A stretch of 64,000 nt of DNA, taken from contig JBHGNT010000006.1 in NCBI GenBank assembly GCA_043228905.1, positions 17,608,001-17,672,000 on the forward strand, given 5' to 3'. Made by a program: the position numbers and the translations under genes. This document shows, piece by piece, positions 24,159 to 37,044 of the stretch. This DNA comes from Azolla caroliniana. Lineage: Eukaryota; Plantae; Polypodiophyta. Each line of letters begins with the position of its first letter. Positions within the stretch are counted from its first letter, which is position 1. A model generated the notes under the pieces. The model was not told the origin of the DNA. It did no database searches and saw only the letters and a list, made by a program, of their open reading frames with translations.

Positions 24159-25823
24159 ACAACTGGCATCCGGTTGGTGTTGTCAACCACATCTCTCCTA
24201 TGCCTACAATTCGACATGTACCTTCATTCCCCATTCGTACACAACCGTGATCACCAACTATGTAGGATTAGAAGCATTCCCGGTCCCGGGTCAGGTGGAA
24301 CAATCCCCCAAAATCGACAACCCACGTTGTCTCATTGCCGGCAAGGTTCAACTCACTCTCCTTGGTGATGAGCATCAAATATTCTTCACTTGCCACGATT
24401 GCCATTGTTCCGTTCTGGTTCGGTCCTCTCTAGTATTTGCCGTTCCGGTCCGGTGACTGCTTTGAATTGGTACTGTTGGTTTCCTTGTCTTTTCGGAAAT
24501 GCCGATAATTCTTCTGGAAGTGCCCCGGCTTGCCGCAATAGAAGCAAGTCGGCTTCCCCCTTGACTTTGACCGTGTCCTCGACTTTTTCCGGTTCTGGGG
24601 ACTCTGGTTCCTTTGTCTTCCGCGTTCTGATTCGGTAAGGCTGCTTTGGAGTCGGAGCTCGTATCCTTGTCTTTCCGATGCGCCTCCTCATCTAGCACGC
24701 TTGACTTGACTCTTGCTAGGGATAATTGTTTTCCTTCCGGCCCGGTGTTGCCAAAAGTGACAACTAACGTCTCCCATCTATTTGGGAGGGAACCGAGCAG
24801 GAGCAATGCTAGTACCTCATCGGCGAGAGGTACTTCCAATGATGTTGCCTGGTGAATTAGCCCCTGTAAGGCATTCATGTGTTCCGCCATACTGGAGCCG
24901 TCTTGGTATCGGAGCCTCACTAGCTTCCAGAATACCGAAACCTGATTAACGACATTCTTGTTCTGGAACATACCGATCTTCTCCCAGAGCTCATGAGCCT
25001 TAATCTCTTCATTGAAGTTGTTGTACAGGCTCATGTTGATGAAGCACCGTATGTACGCCGTTTTCTTCATGTGCATCACCTCCCATATTGTGGCATCGAT
25101 CTTGTCCGGTCTCTTGTCCCCGAACTGAACTTGCAACCAAAGATCTTTAACCACGAGCATGTCCCTCATCTTCAACTTCCACACTGAGTAGTTGGAGCCG
25201 GTGAGATTGAACATGTCGCCAAAAGAATCTTCCATTTTATGTGTCGTTTCGCTTTGATACCAGATTGACGCGAAATATGCGGAATATTACTCGGCCACAG
25301 CTGAGTCTCAGATCGTGTTGTTTAGAATCGAAACACCGAGAATGGGAATGGAGGGTAAATACACATATATGCACACACAATGTAAACAAGAGAGTACACA
25401 AGATGTTAACGTGGAAAACCCTAAGAGGGAAAAACCACAGGAGCTCACAGACTCCAAACTATCACTATGTCAAAAGAATACAATAGGGGGGGCAGAGAGG
25501 CAATGACCTCGTGCTCACTCTCCTCGCCTAACGGTGGTTACAACAAAGAATCACTCTGTATCTCTCTCTCTCTCTACAACAGTTACAACAACAACACAAA
25601 GAAAATAAACAACAACAAATAAGTTTTTGCCCTAGGTCATATTTATACTAATATGACATTAGGACTATTTACAAATATAGCCCCAATGGTCTCTCATAAA
25701 CATATTTACCTATATGTCCCTTCATCCGGTGAGAGGCTCTCACGGGGCCTGCATCATCCGATTCTCACCGGGTCTTCCTTGCCGAGTACTCATATCCCAT
25801 CGGGAGGGACCAAAATCCTAACA
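24159..25823 (-). mobile_element. Copia (Tnt1/Tork-like) 5' part: LTR ~25266-25823, PBS-Met, gag-protease
   Basis: GSNYSVWKLKMRDML, LLLGSLPNRWETLV; PBS TGGTATCAAAGC at 25251-25262; LTR motif AACGTGGAAAACCC..GGGAAAAACCAC. Confidence 0.85.
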
Positions 25824-27990
25824 GTCCGTTGGACGAGAATCACACCAACGACATATGAGTGCTACCGAATGATAACATGCGTGATAATCGACGAAAGCCT
25901 CGTTATACACGGCACTATCAGTACCAACCTCGACCTCAGGATGAAGTCGAATGAGAACTTGAGCCAACACCGCTGACAGTTGATAGTCGTCGAATGAGGC
26001 AAATCTACCCTGCACTCCTTTATTTTCTAGCAACCCGAACATTACGCCACTCAATGTCCTCAACAGGACAAGGGCAAGCAATTGGCAGTCAACACCATTG
26101 TAGCGGAAGTCCTGCGAGACCCCATTGGAAGCAAAGCATAGGCATCAGACTAGGAAGTACAGGATGAGATCCTGAATGCCACGAAAGTCTAGATCGACAA
26201 AGTCAACGATGTGAATGTTGAACGGATACGACAAGAGATAAAGAGTAGTCCGACAACAACACCCGTTCCACAATCACCATTCGACAACGAAACAATCGAC
26301 AAGGATCCCATTTGGAAGTCCCTCGCCGATTGCCACATCACGACATCTATGCACAAGCTGCTAAATTTAGTTCCGCGGTTCAAGAAATTAGTGAGGCCAG
26401 GATATGCAAGGAAGATCAAGTAGTCGTCTCGATGAACTTCGTTGAATCTACCAATGGATTGGTGGTCATGGATCACCATAACCCCACAATAAAAATTATC
26501 ATCAAGGGGCAGGAGATATCAGGTTGCATCATTGACAGTGGATCGTGAGTCAACATCATCAAGAAGAATACATGTGACCGCTTGGACATCCAAAACTGGG
26601 AGGCCTGTTCGTTTTGGCTTCGTATGGTTGGGAACCGCTCAATCCGAAGCTGGAAATCATGGTGGAAGGTTATGTGTTCGAAATCTTGGCGGTCATATTA
26701 CCATTGGACGCACCAAGAGCATAGCCTCTTCTATTGGGATGGCCATGGTTGCGTACTGCGAATATCATACAAAACTGGCAACATAATATGATCAGTTTCC
26801 AATGAGGCCCAACTAAAATCCGGGTACCAACCCAGTAATGCGCACCCACAACAAAAATGTTGACCCCTCTATATGCGGAGGAAGTACACATGCAGGAAGG
26901 AATTGAGGATGAAGAGGTTGATAGATACTTAGATGAGAACTCGCGTCTAGTACCTCTATTCGAGATTGACGTCATCAGAATAACGAACACTTACATCACA
27001 CCCGCGGAAGCCGAAAAGGACGTCCGCGTACCGAACCAGGGAGCAATCACAGAACTCCGACGGGCCCAATAGGCCGATTAGCATAGCAAAAGAACTATCA
27101 ATACCAGACAAAAGAACTATGATAGAGCTGCTAAAGGAATACAACAATGTATTTGTGTGGTCACAAGAGGAGATGAAGCGGCTCGACCCGAAATTCTACC
27201 AGTACCAAATCCATCTTTCTCGAGACACCAAGCCAATCTAGTTGTGTCATTACAAAATGAACTCGAATTATGCAATACGTGTAAAGGAGGAAATCGACAA
27301 ACTACTTAAAAGCGGTTTCGTTCGACCAGTCAAGAAGGCAACCTGGCTAAGTCCCATCGTTTTGGTTCCTAAAAAAATCCGGAAGATTTGGGTCTATGTC
27401 GATTATAGAAAATTAAATACGGTTACCATCACCGACGCGTTTCCCCTACCTTTCATTGATGGAGTGCTGGATTCAGTAGCCGGCCACGAGATATATAGTT
27501 TCTTAAACGGGTTTAGTGGCTACAACCAAATCCGCATGCAACTGGACAATCAGGAGAAAACAACCTTCGTCATAGATAGGGGCGTATTCGTAGCCATTGT
27601 AATGATGTTCAGACTCAAAACTGCGCCGACCACATTTCGAAGGATTATCATGGAGATATTTGACGAAAATATACTAGCATTCATGCAGGTATTCTTGGAC
27701 AACTTCACGGTTTATAGCACGAGAAGTAAACATATGAGTCACCTCCCACTATGCCTAGAAGAACGTAGCGTGGCAAGACTAAGACTCAACCTAGCCAAAT
27801 GTACATTTGGGGTAATGAGCGGCACATTGCTTGGCCCTATCGCGAGCAGTGAGGGGAATTCCTTGGATCCTAGAAAGATTAAGGCTCTCAGTCGATTTCT
27901 AGGACAAATATGATGGCACAACCGAATGTTGTGATACCTTGCCGATTTGGCCACGCCCTTACATGCGATGGTGCACCGGACACCATTTAG
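25824..27990 (+). pseudogene. Degenerate Gypsy (non-chromovirus) protease-RT region
   Basis: IIDSGS protease motif; ATWLSPIVLVPKK, DYRKLN, FSGYNQI, FLDNF RT motifs; stops and frameshifts. Confidence 0.88.
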
Positions 27991-28100
27991 CTCCCCGACA
28001 ACGAATCATGCGGGTATTCCCCAGGTGGGGCCGACAATGCATCCCCCATACTCCCCCAAGACACCAAACGGGCCGACGAGAAGCCAATTGATTCTCATGA

Positions 28101-28256
28101 TGCCACTCACATAATGATGATGCCTCGAAAGGATTTGAACCAACAACCTTATTATATACGTGTCAAATCCTTAACCATTGTAATGATATGTTTACATGTA
28201 TATAGTATAAATAATACATAATCTAAATATATAGTATATCATAAGAATATTCTAGA
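28101..28256 (+). repeat. LTR 5'-end fragment; left arm of an inverted repeat with 30190-30337; carries an antisense tRNA-like module
   Basis: About 90% identical by eye to the reverse complement of 30190-30337; minus strand ACAATGGTTAAG..GGTTCAAATCC. Confidence 0.8.
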
Positions 28257-28276
28257 TCTCTCTCTCTCTCTCTCTT

Positions 28277-30072
28277 CGAAAACACCATAACACCATTGAT
28301 CACCTTGTCACCCTTCGAGTATTAACGAAGGAAAATCGCCTTAGAGGTAAAGGTTTATATTGTTGCTTTGTAAACTTCAAGAAAGCTTTTGATATGGTAC
28401 CTCGTGAGCATCTTTGAAGGCGAATGGAAGAACTTGAGGTTCCAAGTGAATATATGCTTGCAATTTCCCGAATATATGAGAAGGTTATATGTTGTGTGCG
28501 TATGGGAGATGGACTTTCAGATTTTTTAAATAGCATTCTTGGTGTTAAGCAAGGATGCCCACTCTCACCAACAATATTTGGTCTATCCATTGATAAATTA
28601 GAAGAAATGGTTACCAAGTTTGTAAAGGAAGAATGTGTTGAAGAAGTTGCCATTGGGAATTTTGTGATTATGCTTTTGATATATGCGGATGATGTAGTGC
28701 TTTTAGCAAATACTTTAGGAGATGCAAAAAAGCTTATGAAGGCATTGGACAAATATTTCATGCATACTAAATTAAGTGTCAATAGCTCTTAAACAAAGAT
28801 TATGCTTGTGAAGAGCCAAAAAAGAGATAAACCATGCATTATGTACAACAATGAGCCACTAGAATGTGTGGAAAGCTTCAAATGCCTTGGCCTTGAAGTT
28901 CCTTCAAATAATAGATGGATTGAATGTGCTACACGCCCCTTAGAGGCGGGTAAGCAAGCATACTATACATTTGAGAACACATGAAATCTTGGAGATATTA
29001 AGATTTGGGTCCTAAAGAAATATATTTTCGAAACTTTGGTCACACCAGTTCTTCTCTATGGGGCGGTAGCATCCCAAAATCTACGTGGAATGAGTTTGAA
29101 AATGTCCAAAAATATTTTTTTAGAAAGTTTCTACAAGTTAAGAAACAAATGCCTTACACCCTCCTCCTCCTTCAGATGGGATTGCTTCCCATTGAGATCA
29201 TGGCCATGGAAAGGGTTGTTGAATACATGCTTCAGGTTCGAAAATGTCCCTAACATCGACTTCCTGGAATTGCATGGGAATCAAGCAAAAAGATCCAAAA
29301 GACACATAAAAGAAAATATTTTTGTTCTAGTTGGATGTAAGATATAGAAAAATGGTTTGGTAGATGGGATGCAAGACACTTGCCTAATGATGCATCACTA
29401 GATTCCTCAGTAAATGAGGCCTTTTTGCAACGCCAGTGTATAATGACATGGGAAAAATGTGGAGGCTCACGCTTCACACATTATACTGCACATGATGCTC
29501 CTAATGATGCATCACTAGATTCCTCAGTAAATGAGGCCTTTTTGCAATGCCAGTGTATAATGACATGGGAAAAATGTGGAGGCTCACGCTTCACACATTA
29601 TACTGCACATGATGCTCCTAACTACAAAACCAAATTCCTCACAAAACAGGGAAACCGTACACATCGATACAGGTTAGAGCCCATCCCGTTATCTGCCATT
29701 TGAATCATTGCTTCCATGTGACTTAGCTCACATACCTTGCGATGTGAGACAAGACACAAGTGCTAAGAGTGACCAACTATGCACAGTTTGCCCTAAACAA
29801 GTTCGAGACTCTGAGTATCACACTTTGATACAATGCTCTGCCTTTGATTATATTCAACCATGCTTTCCACATAACTTCGACCGAGCTCAATCCTTGCAAG
29901 AATTTCTCTCACAACCACATTGTGCACTCTCGATTGCAACATTCATTGCTAAAGTTCTTGAACATCGAGAGTCGCTACTCACTTCCACATGTATCACCTG
30001 AAATGTAATATTTTTGGTCTCATAGGTCATATTTGACCTCTGAAGACAATAATATAATCTATGTATCTATCT
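28277..30072 (+). mobile_element. 5'-truncated RTEX-like LINE (RT plus C-terminal zinc finger), inactivated
   Basis: FVNFKKAFDMV, GVKQGCPLSP, LIYADD, CTVC..EYHTLIQC; 3' hairpin AGGTCA-TATT-TGACCT and ATCT-type tail; in-frame 117-bp duplication at 29383-29616. Confidence 0.9.
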
Positions 30073-30073
30073 C

Positions 30074-30337
30074 TTGACAGTTTGAACCAATTTGGTTTTG
30101 AGATGATTTATAGATGCCTATTTATAGGTCCCTATAGAGTACTCTAGATGGTTCTAGAATATAGAACACTCTAAAATATTCGAGAACATTCTAGAATATT
30201 CTTATGATATACTATATATTTAGATTATATATTGTTTATACTATACATATAAACATATCATTACAATAGCTAAGAATTTTGACACGTATATAAAAGATTG
30301 TGGGTTCAAATCCTTTCAAGGCATCATGTGAGTGTCA
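30074..30337 (-). mobile_element. LTR fragment related to the family F LTR (49678-50100)
   Basis: Shares TTCTAGAA blocks, CTATAAA and AACCAAATTGGTTCAA with the F LTR; tRNA-like module on plus at ~30258-30318. Confidence 0.7.
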
Positions 30338-32099
30338 CTTGCATACACAGTGGTTGACACTACAAAAGAATAATGAGGAACCATCAAATCGACTCCGACA
30401 AATGAAAGAGAAGATGAAAGAAGTCGACGACCATATGCAAAATTGTGATTTTGCTAGGCTCAAACTGAAGCTCGTTTTCTAATGTTCTCACACACAAATC
30501 TATTATCACTTGCTACAGGAGATCCCGGATGTGTGCCAAGTAGGAAATTGGTTTTTATTTAGCTTTGGATCCAACTTCTGTCCAACAAAAGCCAAGTTTT
30601 TTTATCACTTTGTAGCTTCGGTAGTGCCACTAAATTTCACACCGAATGTCGTGTATTACCTGTGTTTCACGTAATTTGATTACATATAGGGAGTGCCTCT
30701 AGTTTGTCTCATGAGTATATCTGATTATTTCCATATTATCAGACCGAAAAAACTATTTTTTTATGATACTTATTTATCACCTACTACTGTCCCTTCTCAG
30801 TCTTTAGTCGCTCCAATAAGGTTTATTCAAATATCTTTTTGTTGAATTAGTGGTAGGTTGGTGGGATCAACATATATCCCAATTGATTAGTCTCAGAAAA
30901 CGTGAATCAATTATTCAAATCGCACTGAGAGGTAAGGCATTCCCAGTCGAAATAGACGCGTCAGGGCCAGATATTAGTATATCTCCAACCTCCATTCTTC
31001 GCATGTACAACAAATATCTTTTTTCACAATCTATATAGTTAATTAAACAAATATATGCATTTCAATTCGAATCGTATTCTACACTTGCTACTTTCCAAAA
31101 AACACCAACCTTGTTTCGCTTAAAATGGATTCTACTATATAAACATTTATGATCTCCTTCCCTATGTCTAATGGTGATGACTCCTTTACTATTCTGTCCA
31201 TTTCTTGATATATTACGATAGGTCAACATCTTTTTGGGTTCTGACTTTGTTATTTCGATGAAATGTGAAACAACTTGATTACGCGTGATGGGTGTATATG
31301 CCTTAAAAAATCATATAACCATACTTATTCTTCCTCTTTTTGATTGTTAGTAACAACATTTTTTTTTCAGTTGAAACATAATGGGATAGAATATTTATCT
31401 TGGAGTGTAGCAATCATTCGTTTTTGACGCGTGTAACATGAAAATCCCATACGATTTTTCTTTTTTTTTTCTTCTTTGTGCTAGGTAATAAAAAACTATT
31501 AGTGCCTCTCACATAGATGTTGAAGAAAAGTTCAACCCACTTCTTCATTTGGATCTACATCAAAAGTCTATTGGTTGTTGTATAACAAACGAATAGATTT
31601 CCCAATAAGTACTTGATTTTTCAATTTATCTGTACTATCTCCCTTGCCGTTCTTTTATTCTCTTTTTCTCTGCTTTAGTAGTTCATGTATAGGCTACAAA
31701 ATTGAAAAGGTTAAAAACATATTAAATTCTTCTAATTCTTCTATTCTTCCTTTCTATTTTTCTCTTTGCCATGGATGCTATATCCATTACTAGTCTCTTG
31801 ATAAGTAATATAAATTATACCCAAAAAAAGATTTGTTTGTATGAAAATCAATTAGTTCCCAACTAGTTTGCTTCTGCAACAATGCGACGAAACCTTTTAT
31901 ATTTGCTTCGAGAATTGATCGTGATATTCTCCCATTGGTTCGTTTTTGCATCTTTGCACCCAAAATCGCTTGCTTGCTGGGAGAACGATCACTCTCCCAT
32001 TCCGGAGGAGATATAAGTACTTTTCAGCACGACCCATGATCGGGGCCCATGCTACTACATCCTAAGTATCTAGGCAGAAAAAGGTTTTTTCTTCATCAG

Positions 32100-33773
32100 T
32101 ACTACTATTCCAAAGAAAAGATTTACTCCACACGAGGCATGGGCTTGCTTGTTAGATCATCAGAAAATCCAATGCAAGGAGATATAATTGATTGATAACC
32201 CCCTTGGGAATGATTGATTGTAGGCAAGGAGGGAATCAAATCCCATATAATCTTTTTGGGCAGGATAAATGACGGTCTTGCCGTAGACACACAACGAGTG
32301 AGTGATGTAGAAAGTCCATGGGCTTTCACCAAACCCAAAGAGAGCCTTCCAGTCGATTTGGGAAGGAAAAAATGGAATTTCAGTGTTGGTTCGGCTTTGT
32401 TTAACATGCACATATGTGTATCCGTAGAATTGAATGAACTATTCGTACTGCAAGAAAAGAAAATATGAACGTAAGATAGACTCTCAAATTCTATGTAGTT
32501 AGAGTTTTGTGGACATGAGGACGTGAACGGGTGAAGGATCGAAAATATCATCAACCTCCCTCAGGTGTTTGGTGAGAAACCACCAGATACTTCCAATCAC
32601 ATACCAGAAAAACAATTATGGGATCAATTGCATGCTACTGAGAAGGAGGTTGAACGGGCCAATAAAAGAGCGGAATAAGTCGAGGCGAAAGTGAAGCAAA
32701 ATGGAGGATCGTATGCTGTTAGCGAAGACCAAGCTAGGGGACCTATTGGATGCTAAAGATGAAGCAATACACGCCCTAAAACAATAGGTAGAACGTCAGG
32801 GGGAGGAGACAAAGAATGAGAAGGAAAAGGTCGAGGGGCAGGAGCAGGATGTTCATATTTAGGAGGAATATTATGTTGACCAAATGACTAAGTTAGTGCT
32901 CGAAAAGTCGGAGATGCATACGGAGTACGAGTAACAGAAACCACAGGTCAACCTAGAGAAAAACGAAATAACCAAGAAATACAATGCACTCGAGGCCAAG
33001 TACAAATAAAAACGACTGGCATTACTGATGAAAAAGGCGAAGCTAATGTTCGACCAAGGATCAACAAAAGCTTGACTAGTGGAAATGTGAAAAGAGTTAG
33101 CCACAATATAGTATAAAGTGAGCATGGGCGAGGAGAAAGTGTGTCTCATTTTGTCGGCACACAAGGCTCGAACATAGAGAATGGTAATCGACTCCCTAGA
33201 AAGAGGCTAGAAGACATGGTTGGAGCAAGTGGCTGAATTGCACCTTCTCCGAACCGACCAAGAAAACAAGAAAAAGCAAGGCACAGGTTTCTTCAAGATG
33301 GACGACACAACCATAACAACATTCCAGGAGGACTTAGCCCGGGATATCTATGAGTTCGCTACAAGCCACCGGGAGGAGATTATACGACTTATGGAGGAAT
33401 ATGATGATCATCATATCGACACTGTTGTCCAACTAGATGGATATGAACGGGAGCGCTGACATTAGACTCAACAATTACGGCCAAACACCGACACGCCACC
33501 ATCTCTAGCTAACTCGAGACACACAATTCCAATAAGCGATACTGAGGATACCATGGAGCTGAAGGAGGCCAAGGCACAATCCATGCACAGGCCGGAACGG
33601 GAACAACATACGTTTGATGCCAACAAAAGAGCTGAAAGTGAACCGACATTGTTTGACATCTTGAATGAAGAGGTAAGTGATGACAATGATGACGCTGCCG
33701 AACCTGATGACGCCCACAACTAGGAGTAAGGGTAGGGTTCGACCATGCAAGGCACTGTCCCACGGGTGTGCCA
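32100..33773. pseudogene. Decayed coiled-coil ORF remnants (plus frames) next to an Arg-like PBS on minus; probable retroelement extra-ORF region
   Basis: E/K-rich frames broken by stops; TGGCACACCCGTGGGAC on minus at ~33756-33772, abutting TGTTAG at 33776. Confidence 0.4.
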
Positions 33774-33775
33774 AG

Positions 33776-36700
33776 TGTTAGTTGGTCGGTTATCTAGTGT
33801 CTGAAGGTCAGAGTTGGACAAAGTGTGAAAGAGAGTCGGAGTTAGAGTTGGCAATGTTTGGAGTCGAGAATGTGAACATGAGTTGGAGGTCGGAAAAGCA
33901 AGGATAAAATTAAAATGGAATTAAGATAATTTCACCAAGTAAAAAATATATAGTAGGTTAGTTAGAACAATTTGGTTATCGTTCTTGCCGAAGAGGGCAA
34001 GTGTAACCTTGGAAGAGAGACTCTCGGATCACCTATAAAAAGGGACCAAGAGCATTGTAATGTTATCGTTCTATTTTGGAATAATATAAGTCTAGTAGAT
34101 AGTGTATGTGATGTGTAAACTACTCTACTTTATATCTTCTAATTGTTTCTGTGTCGAACATTCGACCACATTCTCTGATACATAATTATATTACAACAAA
34201 TATGATCATTAGTGCAGGTTAACCATAATAGTTATTTTCTAGGTATCAGTCTCTGAGTTTGGTACTAGTGTCGACCAATCTATTTCCCTACCACAATCTT
34301 CTTGACCGAATGTTCGGAATCGACGTTCAGCCTATTGTGGTTGTCGGTTACACCAATCGGCAGTCGGCAAATCAACAAAGACAAAGATAGTTTAATAGGT
34401 ACTTTACTGTAATGCAAAAAGAGGGGAATGACATGGTGTGTTGGTAGAGAATCATGGAACAAATCTTTGACCAAAATAACTGTCATAAATCCTGATGGAA
34501 CCGGCCTCTCCTTGTGTTATAAAAGGGGAGGAATGGAACTGTTTTGGGGGGATCCATCGTTCTCTGAAATTTTTGTTTTTTCTTTTGTGCATTCGGTGAG
34601 AGAAGGTGTAGCCTCTGCTGGCATAGGAAGCCCGTGTGCTCTCCACTAGACGCTCATCGATTCTATGTTTGTATATGTTCGGAGCTCAAAGCTTCGTCGT
34701 CGGTCGAGTTCGGTTGTATTTCTCTATCTGATTAATTGTAGTGTATTGTTAGCCAGTCAAAGTCGGAATCGACTACCAGGGTTGGAGCCGGACAAATGTG
34801 AAGTGGAGTGGAGTGCAATCCCCAATTTAACTCATAGTCATTCGAACCAGGAGCAGTCCGACGGAATTAGGTTAATCAGATTTATGTCCAACATATTGGT
34901 GTTTAGACTGAAACTTGTAGTGAGGATCCAATCGCTTGAGGGAGCAACAATCTCACTTGCACTTCTCATAAATCCCGACAATAGAGTTTTTTTTACGACA
35001 TTTGGGAAGAGGAAAATATGCCTTAGCCTTACTCAAAGTATCCGGATGGAGCCGATGTGGAAGCGCATGTGCGCGATTTTTTGACAACATCGGAGGGGAA
35101 CAATTTGGCACAATGGTTGTCGGCTGCATCCGAGGAAAAATAAAATATCGCTAAGTTCATCTTATCGCTTGATGGTCCGTCGGCAAATTGGTAGGCCTAG
35201 AATGGGCCAAAGGCATTTGAACAATTAGTGGCAAAATTCAGACAATTGTTTCATTGGCAGATCCCACAAAGGGATCTAATAGGTCAGTTCTATTCGTCCT
35301 ATCAGGAGCCACATGAGACGGTGTCACAATTTGTGATCCAATTTCAGAACTGACGACTTTAGATTTCGCGGCCAATTCAAAAAGAGGAATTGAAGGGTGT
35401 CTTCCTGGAGGCTATACATGAACCTCTTCGAACAACTCTAACGGTGTTCGATTTTCGGAATCAATCACTAGAGCAAGTGGTAGGTAAAGCTCTGAGAATG
35501 GATCATATGCACAATAGTAATAGTATGAACATGTTGGCATTACACCCGAACCTACCTACAGTAGAAGAGGTCAGATTCAGGCAAGTGTACCACTTGCTTC
35601 AACATAGGGCATTCAACAATAGAATGCAGTTTATGCACTCTTTGTATGATTTGACATTCCAAAGCTCATTCAGTCGAACAATGTGAGTATAATTTGCTCA
35701 ATAAAACAGCTGCACCGGTTCGGCAAATACATCTTGAAAATAATTATTAGGAAAATTGGAATCGATTGCATGATGAAGATCAATAAAGATATGATGATGG
35801 GTATCAGTCGCACTGGCAGAATGATTCTCGGTGTGAAGATGACCATAGAGATGATAACTGGCGACGGAATGATAGTCGTTGAGATGATAATCGGAGAGAC
35901 GATTATGAACATAATGACTATCAACGTAATGACCGATATGATGAGGATCACCAAGATGACTACCAATGGGATAGTCAAAATAATTATGATCGGAACTACT
36001 CACCACGACGAGATAACAATAACCGGCAACCCTACAGGGGAAATCATTATCAGGACGACAAAAGGTCCAATACCTATAGAAGAAATGATGATAATCGACA
36101 GCCAAATCCTCAATTTAATGACAATCGGAAGCTAAAAGCGTCTCGACACTTTCAACATGACTCCAGATATAGGGATAATTCTGAATCTCAGGATGCTCGT
36201 TGACCTCAATATGAACCTAGAGAATCTAGTGGTTGATCAGTTCCAAATTGCTACATATGCAAAAGAGATGGGCACTATGCAACTCAATGCCCGATGAAAG
36301 ATAAAGGAAAGGAACCAATAGTAAACATGATGGTTCTAGACATACAACAAGTAATCACACATATTAAAGGTAAACAATCAGAGTGGGAGGGGCAAGAAGC
36401 AGTCCTAAAGCTTCTAGAATGTTCCAGAGAAACCTGGAATATACATTAATTTTCTATAGTAAAACTTAAATAAAATTAATAGCTTATGTATTATAATAGA
36501 TAGTTTCTAATTTATTACGTTAATATAAGGATGTTTTCTCATGGTCATTTGACGATATGAAGGGGTTAGATCTGGCGTTTTGTCAACATCAAATCAATTT
36601 GCATAAAGACACTGAAGCCGGTACAACATCATCGATACAGATTAAATCTGAATTATGCTCTGAAAGTAAAAGAGGAAATCAACAAACTACTTAGGGTTGG

Positions 36701-37044
36701 TTTTATTCGCCCAGTGAAAAAGGCAACTTGGCTAAGTCCAATCGTCGTCCTACCGAAAAAGAATGGGAAGATCAAAGTATGCGTCGATTACGGAAAGCTA
36801 AATGTGGCTAAAATAATGAATGCATTTCCATTGCCCTTTACGAATGGCATTTTAGATGCAGTAGTCGGACACAAGATTTATAGCTTTTTGGACGGATTTA
36901 GTGGCTATAATCAGGTTCAGATGCACCAAGAGGATAAGGAACACCGAATGGGGAGTATTCATAGTAGTCATCATGATGTTCGATCTACAAACAACTCCGG
37001 CAACGTTTTAGCATGTCATACTAGAAATTTTTACTGATTGTATA
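33776..37044 (+). mobile_element. LTR-like sequence followed by decayed Gypsy family H gag (zinc knuckles, D/R/N/Y-rich tract) and RT
   Basis: TATA boxes at ~34033 and ~34518; CYICKRDGHYATQC; ATWLSPIVVLPKKNG, FLDGFSGYNQV; an inverted F-type LTR scrap at ~36408-36480; LTR limits uncertain. Confidence 0.65.

Noticed and set aside
35670-36135. Ile/Met-rich and His/Tyr-rich ORFs
   Set aside because: Alternative frames of the low-complexity D/R/N/Y tract of a decayed gag.
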